A stretch of DNA of 64,000 bases from a virus, in the IMG/VR virus record IMGVR_UViG_3300035670_000153, positions 8,173 through 72,172 of that record. The stretch is one strand, 5' to 3'. The notes beneath the pieces are model-generated. The model was not told the origin of the DNA. It was given only the letters and a program-made list of their open reading frames with translations, and ran no database searches. Below, piece after piece: positions 51,738-58,830 of the stretch; positions within the stretch are counted from its first letter, which is position 1; each line of letters begins with the position of its first letter. Position numbers and translations under genes: made by a program.

Positions 51738-51769
51738 ATAGTTAAAATATCATTTACTTTTATTACTAA

Positions 51770-51843
51770 TGGAGAGTAATATAGGAATTGAACCTATGAA
51801 TGTGGAGTTGCAGTCCACCACCATACCACTTGGTTAATTACTC
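51770..51843 (-). tRNA. tRNA-Cys(GCA)
   Basis: GTGGA-CTGCAAC-TCCAC; TCCA end. Confidence 0.93.
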
Positions 51844-51850
51844 ATATTTA

Positions 51851-51978
51851 TTAAAAGAAAAACGACATCAGTATTTTTTGTTATCCTGCCATTAGACGAA
51901 TTCATAAATTATGAATAATAGGACTCGAACCTAATATCTACACCTTGGAATGGAGTAACTGATATCTACACTTTTTAA
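51851..51978 (-). ncRNA. Y-RNA-like ncRNA #1 (YrlA-like permuted tRNA mimic)
   Basis: AGTGTA-GATATCAGT-TACTCC ... ACTGATGTC-GTTTTTC; insert has a T arm (TAGG-TTCGAGT-CCTA), closed acceptor hairpin and D arm. Confidence 0.75.
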
Positions 51979-51981
51979 TAA

Positions 51982-52057
51982 TGGTCTACTCATCAGGACT
52001 CGAACCTGAAACCTCATCACCCCAAATGACGAATTCTACCAATTGAAATATGAGTAG
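51982..52057 (-). tRNA. tRNA-Pro(TGG)
   Basis: CGTCA-TTTGGGG-TGATG; ACCA end. Confidence 0.9.
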
Positions 52058-52064
52058 ATATTTT

Positions 52065-52163
52065 TTTGTTTTAGAGAAAATCAATATTTGTATTTTTATT
52101 TTATCACGCTAGAAACGTGACTATTATGTAAGAAGTAACAAATATTTACACTTCTAAAACAAA
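52065..52163 (-). ncRNA. Y-RNA-like ncRNA #2
   Basis: TTTGTTTTAGA-AGTGTA-AATATTTGT-TACTTC ... ACAAATATT-GATTTTC-TCTAAAACAAA; internal hairpin TCACG/CGTGA. Confidence 0.72.
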
Positions 52164-52196
52164 TTGTTATTAATAATTAATCTCTTTATCATAAAT

Positions 52197-52304
52197 ATAT
52201 TTTATTATTTAGAGAAAATCTATATTTGTATGTAAACCCTCGTCTGAGAGTATCTTATATCGGAAAGAAGTAACAAATATATACACTTCTAAATAATAAA
52301 TATA
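52197..52304 (-). ncRNA. Y-RNA-like ncRNA #3
   Basis: 17-bp terminal stem, AGTGTA-TATATTTGT-TACTTC ... ACAAATATA-GATTTTC. Confidence 0.72.
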
Positions 52305-52372
52305 CTTACTTCAATAAAAATTGTAAGGTTTAATTTAATAGAATTAAACGGCAATTTAATCCTAAATAATTT

Positions 52373-52444
52373 TACTTGAGAAAATCAAATAAAGTATTTA
52401 TTTTCACCAAAAGAAAGAAGTAACTTTATTTTACACTGCAAGTA
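52373..52444 (-). ncRNA. Y-RNA-like ncRNA #4 (minimal)
   Basis: TACTTG-C-AGTGTA-AAATAAAGT-TACTTC ... ACTTTATTT-GATTTTC-T-CAAGTA. Confidence 0.7.
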
Positions 52445-52447
52445 TAA

Positions 52448-52523
52448 TGGCTGGAAGACAAGGATTCGAACCTCGATTATCTGAGTCAAAGTCAGATGTC
52501 ATAACCAATTAGACCATCTTCCA
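52448..52523 (-). tRNA. tRNA-Gln(TTG)
   Basis: TCTGA-CTTTGAC-TCAGA; U1-A72; GCCA end. Confidence 0.93.
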
Positions 52524-52609
52524 TTATTGGAATATATTTTGTAAAAGAATTAAATCCATTTACGCATATATTATAAGTATAATTCTTTATAAAAATAATT
52601 TTAATTTTA

Positions 52610-53275
52610 TTATTTAATAACTGGTTTAAATTCTCCAAAATATTTTTCTTCTGCTTCTTTTCTAGCATTTACAGCATATTGAAAAACTTCATATCTGCCT
52701 AGAAATATATTCTTATTATTTATTCTAATATAGGCATACCATTTTTGTCTTTTATCATCCCATCTTACACCCATTACTCCACTTTTATTTGTTGATACAA
52801 TATTTTTATTTCTTGCATTTTCTTGACTAGTACAACATCTTAAATTATATTTAATGTTATTTAATGGATTTCTATCAATATGGTCTACTACAATATTATT
52901 ATTATCATCAACAACATTCATTATAAATCTGTGCAATTTAACATGTTTACTATCTATAGTTGTACATACATAATTATTTTTGCTTTCTATACACCATTTA
53001 TACATACTACATCTTTCAACATCATTTAAATCAATTATAGCTTTATTAATAGGATTCCCTTGAATATTATATAAAATAATTTCAGCATAATTATCATATA
53101 TGATTATTTCATTTACATCATTTCTATTTCTTTCTTGTTTTGATTCATCAATAATTTTATTATGTCTTTTTAGTTGTTGATAATGTTTACCACATAATAT
53201 CATATTCCATTTTTTGCTATTTGTCATCTTATGTGTCTCATTTTCAAAACAACCACAAATATTACAAGTATACAT
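52610..53275 (-). CDS. HNH homing endonuclease with AP2 domain
   Basis: LHRFIM, VDHIDRNPLNN..NLR..T..EN..N, SGVMGV.W...KW.A.I...LG. Confidence 0.9.
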   Translation of the reverse strand: MYTCNICGCFENETHKMTNSKKWNMILCGKHYQQLKRHNKIIDESKQERNRNDVNEIIIYDNYAEIILYNIQGNPINKAIIDLNDVERCSMYKWCIESKNNYVCTTIDSKHVKLHRFIMNVVDDNNNIVVDHIDRNPLNNIKYNLRCCTSQENARNKNIVSTNKSGVMGVRWDDKRQKWYAYIRINNKNIFLGRYEVFQYAVNARKEAEEKYFGEFKPVIK

Positions 53276-53312
53276 TACTTCACCTTCTTTTATTTATTGA
53301 TTGATAAAATTT

Positions 53313-53478
53313 TATTAGGAGAAATTCGATATTGGTTCATATGTTATATTTTGTGCTTATTTAACCTGTCAAAACACAGGACTTAGATTAAAGCACCCCA
53401 TCTAAGTTTTGTTTTTTTAAAATACGAAATTTTAAAATTCTTATAATTTGAAGTAACCAATATCTACACTACCTAATA
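53313..53478 (-). ncRNA. Y-RNA-like ncRNA #5 (large structured insert)
   Basis: TATTAGG-T-AGTGTA-GATATTGGT-TACTTC ... ACCAATATC-GAATTTC-T-CCTAATA; two internal hairpins. Confidence 0.72.
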
Positions 53479-53522
53479 TCTTACCTTTTCTGCTTTTCTT
53501 ACTATTTCATAAAACAATTTGT

Positions 53523-53593
53523 TAATCCGAGAAAAAATGCATAGAGTGTTTTTTCGTAAAATGAAGTAACCCTAATGCTACACCTTCGGATTA
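53523..53593 (-). ncRNA. Y-RNA-like ncRNA #6 (minimal)
   Basis: TAATCCGA-AGGTGTA-GCATTAGGGT-TACTTC ... ACTCTATGC-ATTTTTTC-TCGGATTA. Confidence 0.68.
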
Positions 53594-53667
53594 TGGCAGG
53601 GATGGAAAGAATTGAACTCTCGACAATGGTTTTGGAGACCATTGTTTTACCATTAAACTACATCCCT
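53594..53667 (-). tRNA. tRNA-Trp(CCA)
   Basis: ATGGT-CTCCAAA-ACCAT; GCCA end. Confidence 0.93.
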
Positions 53668-53675
53668 ATAAGTAA

Positions 53676-53806
53676 TATTCAGAGAACAACTATTAGAAAT
53701 TTTTTACGTTTTACCATTAAACTACATCTGCATGTTGCAGATGATTGGACTCGAACCAATATCTTATCAACCCATTTGAAGAAATTCCAATATACACTTC
53801 TAAATA
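53676..53806 (-). ncRNA. Y-RNA-like ncRNA #7 (YrlA-like permuted tRNA mimic)
   Basis: AGTGTA-TATTGGAA...TTCTAATA stem; T arm ATTGG-TTCGAGT-CCAAT, acceptor hairpin CATCTGCA-ACA-TGCAGATG, D arm GTTT-AATGGT-AAAAC. Confidence 0.75.
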
Positions 53807-53809
53807 CTA

Positions 53810-53884
53810 TGGTAGCTCATACCAGAATTGAACTGATATTTTGTGGTTGAAAACCACATGTCCTTACCATTAGACGAATGAGCC
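53810..53884 (-). tRNA. tRNA-Glu(TTC)
   Basis: TGTGG-TTTTCAA-CCACA; ACCA end. Confidence 0.9.
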
Positions 53885-53890
53885 ATATTA

Positions 53891-54024
53891 TAGGTGAGAA
53901 AATCAAATAGTCTTTTATCGTACTCTACCATTTGAGCTATAACACATCATATGATGTATTAGTGAGACTCGAACTCACAACCCCGTCATTAACATTGAAG
54001 AAGTACTATTTTACACTACACCTA
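53891..54024 (-). ncRNA. Y-RNA-like ncRNA #8 (YrlA-like permuted tRNA mimic)
   Basis: TAGGTG-T-AGTGTA-AAATAGT ... ACTATTT-GATTTTC-T-CACCTA; T arm GTGAG-TTCGAGT-CTCAC, acceptor hairpin, D arm GCTC-AAATGGTA-GAGT. Confidence 0.77.
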
Positions 54025-54028
54025 AATT

Positions 54029-54104
54029 TGGAAGCAGAAGCAAGATTTGAACTTGCGATTTTCAGATTATGAGTCTGACGAGATGACCACTTCTCTATTC
54101 TGCA
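54029..54104 (-). tRNA. tRNA-Met(CAT), initiator-like
   Basis: TCAGA-CTCATAA-TCTGA; 1:72 mismatch and A11-U24; TCCA end. Confidence 0.88.
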
Positions 54105-54129
54105 ATATATAATCTCTTACTGTATTACT

Positions 54130-54158
54130 ATCTTATCATGTTATTTAATATCTGTCAA
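54130..54158 (-). promoter_or_regulatory. sigmaA-type promoter for the tRNA/Y-RNA cluster
   Basis: TTGACA-17 nt-TAAGAT just upstream of tRNA-Met. Confidence 0.7.
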
Positions 54159-54201
54159 GTACTTTTTAAAAAATTTATTTTTATTTTCTATTAATGTTAT
54201 T

Positions 54202-54336
54202 AGTTAAGTGTTTTAGCTTATTACTATATATGAAAGGAGGTTATCTATGAAAAAATAATTAATATTTATACAGAAAAATATTACTATACTATTTAAACTA
54301 ATTTTTATTTTATAAAACCACTAAAACACTTAACTT
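54202..54336 (-). ncRNA. Candidate ~135-nt sRNA with paired ends and an anti-Shine-Dalgarno motif
   Basis: Promoter TTGACA(54371-54366)-17-TAGACT; 15-bp terminal stem AGTTAAGTGTTTTAG/CTAAAACACTTAACT; internal ACCTCCTTTC. Confidence 0.45.
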
Positions 54337-54449
54337 AATACTAGTCTACCATCATACTTTATATTTGTCAAGTACTTTTAAAAATTTTTTATTATACATT
54401 TAAATATAAAAACAACGACATTCAAACGCACTAAATACAATGGTGCTAC

Positions 54450-54559
54450 TTTCATGCAAATTTTTTGCACGTAATTTTTATACGGATGAGAGTTTCATGC
54501 AAAAAATTTGCATGAGAATTTTTTATGGAGAGAGTTTCATGCAAATTTTTTGCACGTAA
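54450..54559. repeat. Three palindromic iteron-like repeats (TTTCATGCAAAwwwTTTGCAyG); probable replication origin
   Basis: Copies at ~54450, ~54493 and ~54535, next to an initiator-like HTH gene and followed by AT-rich DNA. Confidence 0.65.
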
Positions 54560-54708
54560 GTAGCCGTATATATATATAATAGTTACTATATAGATATATA
54601 GTATAGTTACTTTATTTTTTGATATATAAACATATTTACATTTTTACCTCACGGTAACCGATAAAATTTTCAATGAACAAAATTAAAACAAAAATAAATA
54701 CTAAAACA

Positions 54709-54760
54709 AAAATCAAAATGAAAATCAAAATGAAAATCAAAATTAGAATCAAAATAAAAT
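54709..54760. repeat. Short tandem AAAATC/AAAATG repeats
   Basis: aaaatcaaaatgaaaatcaaaatgaaaatcaaaattagaatcaaaat. Confidence 0.6.
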
Positions 54761-55927
54761 TCAATCATCATTAGAACAAAAACTTTTATTATTAAAATTT
54801 TCAAACAAACAAACATCTTTTTTAGTGGAATAAAAATCTATACCATTAATTAAATCTTTTTCAAAATAATTTAAATAGTTTTTTTGATATTTAGTAATTA
54901 TCCAATCAATACTTTTAACACGTTTATACTCTTTTGATGTAAGTAAAGATATAATATTATTCCTAACATAATCCTTTTCTTGTTGAGTTCTTTTATCAAA
55001 CCTATCAAAAGAATATATTAAATAATAATTATATTCTATTCTTTGTAATAGTTTAACCCTATATCTATAATTAGGATTTTTAAGTTTATACCCTTGTTTT
55101 GTCATACTCCAAAAAGGCTTATCAGTTGATATAGTATAAGATAAAATACCTTTATCGGCTAATATATCAATATTTCTTTTTATAGTTCCTCTGTCTGATT
55201 TTAAAACATTAGCAATATTTTCTAAAGATGGAAAAGCATATTCACAATCCATATATTTATAAATTATATTATCAGGATTATCATTACTTGGATAATTATA
55301 ACAATCAAATAATTTAAATCTATCAATTAAATATATTGTAATACAACATTGTAAAGCTGTCAAATGAATCAAACATCTATTAAAATATTCAATTGGGATA
55401 GGCTTATACCCTATCATTATATCTGATAAAGTTTCATTTTCTATATCACTATCAATAATCATATTATTTATGTTTTTAATTCTTTCATTTGATAATAGAT
55501 TATTAATTATAATTTGATTATTATATAAGATTATTATGTTTAATTCGTCATTCTGTTTTATATCTAATATATTATTTTGACTTCCTATATCTATATATAA
55601 AACGTTTTTATTTATCAATTTAATTAAATACTTCTTAATTGTTCTAATATCTTTAAAACTTGTTTTATCACATAACTCTTTAATAGTACAGTTTAAAAAT
55701 ATTTTATTTTGAGTGTGTGGATGACATAGAATAGTTAAATATAAATATAATCCTTCTATATCGACATTTGTAATTATATCACAGATATTATAATTCAATT
55801 TAAAAAAGTTTTTATAATTCATCCCATTATTATCAAAATCATTGCTATTATAAATATTTTGTTGTTGTTGTTTGGTTTCGTAATTAAAAAACCTCGTCAA
55901 GATTTTTAGGTCGGCTGTATTATACAT
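54761..55927 (-). CDS. Putative replication initiator (two winged-HTH regions)
   Basis: CTIKELCDKT..DIRTIKKYLIKL and AFPSLENIANVLKSDRGTIKRNIDILADKGIL; iteron-like repeats immediately downstream. Confidence 0.6.
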   Translation of the reverse strand: MYNTADLKILTRFFNYETKQQQQNIYNSNDFDNNGMNYKNFFKLNYNICDIITNVDIEGLYLYLTILCHPHTQNKIFLNCTIKELCDKTSFKDIRTIKKYLIKLINKNVLYIDIGSQNNILDIKQNDELNIIILYNNQIIINNLLSNERIKNINNMIIDSDIENETLSDIMIGYKPIPIEYFNRCLIHLTALQCCITIYLIDRFKLFDCYNYPSNDNPDNIIYKYMDCEYAFPSLENIANVLKSDRGTIKRNIDILADKGILSYTISTDKPFWSMTKQGYKLKNPNYRYRVKLLQRIEYNYYLIYSFDRFDKRTQQEKDYVRNNIISLLTSKEYKRVKSIDWIITKYQKNYLNYFEKDLINGIDFYSTKKDVCLFENFNNKSFCSNDD

Positions 55928-56028
55928 AATTAATACCTCTTTTCTATTTTTTAAAAATTATTTTACATCATGATTTTTATAAAAATAGTTATCAAAAGTA
56001 TAATTATAAAAATCATGATGTATTTTAT

Positions 56029-56535
56029 TTATCCTGAATATGTATCTTCAATATATATTTTCCCAATATACTCAATAGGTTTATGGCAACATTTTGATGT
56101 ACATAGATGTATATTTTTAATGGTGTTTCTAGCTTTCGTATCTTTTAAAGCTCCAACAATTTTATTACATTTTGTACATTTAAATTCATGTAAATAACCT
56201 GCTGGAGTTATAGTTCTTGTACTGCATGCTCCTATTCTTTTTAATTCATTTTCGAAATAACTATGTCCATCCTTATTTGGATTCTTTAGTATGAATAAAG
56301 CATAATGACATACTTCATGCTTAATAATACTTTTTATTGTTTCTTGTTTAAAATTATTTAATAACCTACCTGATATTTCAATTTTTAATGGTTCATTTCC
56401 CATACTCACAAATCTTCCATATGTACTAGTTAATCTATTATTTATTAATACATCACATTTTAGAGCTACTATATTCCAATATTCTTTTAAATATTCCCTG
56501 CATAGCTTTTCAATATCTGACCTTGTTTTAATCAT
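56029..56535 (-). CDS. SprT-like metalloprotease domain protein
   Basis: NNRLTSTYGRF, HEVCH, DGH..F, C-terminal CxxC...C..C. Confidence 0.85.
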   Translation of the reverse strand: MIKTRSDIEKLCREYLKEYWNIVALKCDVLINNRLTSTYGRFVSMGNEPLKIEISGRLLNNFKQETIKSIIKHEVCHYALFILKNPNKDGHSYFENELKRIGACSTRTITPAGYLHEFKCTKCNKIVGALKDTKARNTIKNIHLCTSKCCHKPIEYIGKIYIEDTYSG

Positions 56536-56720
56536 AAAATCATCTCCTTATATTTTTTAACCACAAATCAATAATACCACTATATTTTTACAGTGTCAAT
56601 ATTTTTTAAAAAATTAATTATAAATTATTCATCTTATAAAAATATAAAATTTATATATAAAGGAAGCAATTAAGATAATATGTTTAATTATAAGATTTAT
56701 TTATATTTTTATATTTTCTA

Positions 56721-56750
56721 TTGACAATGTAAAATAGTTAATGTTATACT
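56721..56750 (+). promoter_or_regulatory. sigmaA-type early promoter (TTGACAnnGTAAA class)
   Basis: TTGACA-18-TATACT; divergent from a minus-strand promoter at ~56570-56599. Confidence 0.7.
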
Positions 56751-56803
56751 AATAATGTGCCTAAATGAAATATTCAAAATAAAAATAACAACTAATAAGG
56801 AGA

Positions 56804-57151
56804 TTGATAATTATGGATAATAAGTATACTAAAATTGACTTTAATATGTGTCCTGAACAGTATATCATTAAAGACTTTTTTGCAACATCATTAAATGATT
56901 TATTGTGTCAGCCATGTGAAACATTGAAAGAAATTATGGAATATTATAAAATGGATAAATACACATTAGCAAAAAAAATGAATATCACAATATGTGATGC
57001 TCAAGAGTTAATGAAAGGTGGTATATGGACAATAGAAACTTGTGGAAAATTAACCAAAGTATTTAATATCCCTAAAAGTTTTTGGATTAATTTACAACAA
57101 AAATATTTTTTTGATATAGAACAAACATTGAAACAATATAATTTATTATAA
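56804..57151 (+). CDS. HigA-like XRE HTH protein
   Basis: P.ETLKE....LAKKMNI....L.KVFNIPKSFWINLQ..Y. Confidence 0.78.
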   Translation: MIIMDNKYTKIDFNMCPEQYIIKDFFATSLNDLLCQPCETLKEIMEYYKMDKYTLAKKMNITICDAQELMKGGIWTIETCGKLTKVFNIPKSFWINLQQKYFFDIEQTLKQYNLL

Positions 57152-57183
57152 ACATTATAAATATTATGAATTTAAAAAATGTG

Positions 57184-57213
57184 TTGACAGTGTAAATACA
57201 TTAATGTTATACT
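57184..57213 (+). promoter_or_regulatory. sigmaA-type promoter
   Basis: TTGACA-18-TATACT. Confidence 0.7.
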
Positions 57214-57264
57214 AAAATAGTATTCAAATAAAATATAAATAAAAATTTTAAAGGAGGATTTAAA

Positions 57265-57678
57265 ATGCAAAATGGATTAGTCAAGTTTGGTATTATAGTA
57301 GTGATAATTTTGATGTTAGGGACAGTAGTAATTAGAACTATTAAGGATGGTGGATATTCAGATGTAACAAAAACACCATATCATCTAGGCACTACTTTTA
57401 GAAATGGTATTGTAGAAGTAAAAGTATCAAAGAAAGACATACATTTTTTTGTGCCTGTTCCATTAGAAAATGAATTCTTAATGGAAACACCAAGTGGATA
57501 TATGTTTTATTTCACACTAAATGGTGAAGATTATGAATATCAATTTACAAAAAATGATATAGGTAAAAATTTAGTAGCTATTGAAACTCTAAAAGTGTTA
57601 AAAGATGAAAATACTCAATTTGACATTAACAATACAGGGGATTTAAGCACTATTAATGGAGGTGTTCCTAATGAATAA
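57265..57678 (+). CDS. Membrane-anchored hypothetical protein
   Basis: GGAGG RBS; N-terminal TM. Confidence 0.7.
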   Translation: MQNGLVKFGIIVVIILMLGTVVIRTIKDGGYSDVTKTPYHLGTTFRNGIVEVKVSKKDIHFFVPVPLENEFLMETPSGYMFYFTLNGEDYEYQFTKNDIGKNLVAIETLKVLKDENTQFDINNTGDLSTINGGVPNE

Positions 57679-58396
57679 AGGATTTATATTTTTATTTTTA
57701 TTAGTAATTATTGGTGGTATAGGAAATATAGTTATAACATCAATGTTGCCTGAGAAATATAAACTACCATATGGAGACGGATATAGTGAATATAGTTCTA
57801 TTGATGATTGGCAGAAATTATCATATACAAAAGAAGAAATGGAAGAGTTGTTAAAGTATCAAAAACAAATTGAAAATAAAATAAATGAATTAACTATATC
57901 ATTACAAAATTTTGAAGGATTAGAAGCTGATAGAGTTTTACTAGAACAATATGTCAATGATTTAAAAACAGGAAAAGTAAATGTAACAGTTGACCATATT
58001 GTAAATAATGTTATAAATAATGTTATTCAAAAAGCATCAGCAACACATGGAGTACCACAACATTATATTAGAGGGATTATAAAAGTTGAGAGTAATTTTA
58101 ATCCAAATGTTGTATCTCATGCAGGAGCACAAGGTTTAATGCAGTTAATGCCATCTACAGCAAGAGGTATGGGAGTAACTAATGCCTTTGATATAGAACA
58201 AAATATTATGGGTGGAACAAAGTATTTCAAATATTGTTTGAATGAATTTAATAATAATTATGATTTAGCTCTAGCAGCTTATAATGCAGGTGATGGAGCA
58301 GTACGAAGAGCAGGAAATAAAATACCAAATAATAAAGAAACAAGAGCATATGTCCCAAAAGTATCATATTGGGCGAGTATATATAAAAACAGTTAA
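57656..58396 (+). CDS. Membrane-anchored lytic transglycosylase (SLT); true start probably 57671
   Basis: IKVESNFNP, GAQGLMQLMP.TA, ALAAYNAG, ETRAYV. Confidence 0.92.
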   Translation: MEVFLMNKGFIFLFLLVIIGGIGNIVITSMLPEKYKLPYGDGYSEYSSIDDWQKLSYTKEEMEELLKYQKQIENKINELTISLQNFEGLEADRVLLEQYVNDLKTGKVNVTVDHIVNNVINNVIQKASATHGVPQHYIRGIIKVESNFNPNVVSHAGAQGLMQLMPSTARGMGVTNAFDIEQNIMGGTKYFKYCLNEFNNNYDLALAAYNAGDGAVRRAGNKIPNNKETRAYVPKVSYWASIYKNS

Positions 58397-58560
58397 AAAG
58401 ATTGTAAAAATAAGTGTACATACATAAAACCTAAATTTCATCACCTACTTTAAAAATATTTTGAATATTTTTGTTGACAAAGTAAAAAAATAATGTTAAA
58501 CTTAAAAAGTAAGGTGATGAAAAACATAATAAAAATATAAATTATTGGAGGAGATATTTT

Positions 58561-58800
58561 ATGAAAAATTCAAAAATGGTAGTAAATTTAAAAGAGGTTG
58601 ATTCAGTGACAAGAAAAACGACTGAACAGATGAAATTGAGATTTCATGCTACTTACTGTGAGGTTAAATCAGCTAGTAAACAAAAATACATCGTGACTAA
58701 AACATCTTGTACTTGCCCTGACCACTTCTACAGAGGTAAAAATTGTAGACATATGCAAGCTGTACATGATACAGTTCAAACATTGAAATTTTGGAAATAA
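58561..58800 (+). CDS. SWIM zinc-finger protein
   Basis: CTCPD....CRH. Confidence 0.8.
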   Translation: MKNSKMVVNLKEVDSVTRKTTEQMKLRFHATYCEVKSASKQKYIVTKTSCTCPDHFYRGKNCRHMQAVHDTVQTLKFWK

Positions 58801-58830
58801 TATAATAATATAAATGAAAGGTAGATTAAT

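Noticed and set aside
53575-53850. 91-aa plus-strand ORF from the track
   Set aside because: It is the antisense reading of tRNA-Trp, Y-like RNA #7 and tRNA-Glu.
51851-54024. CRISPR array interpretation of the recurring GAGAAAATC...GAAGTAAC...TACACT motifs
   Set aside because: The repeats are not identical or regularly spaced, they covary as RNA stems, they are interleaved with tRNAs, and no cas operon is present.
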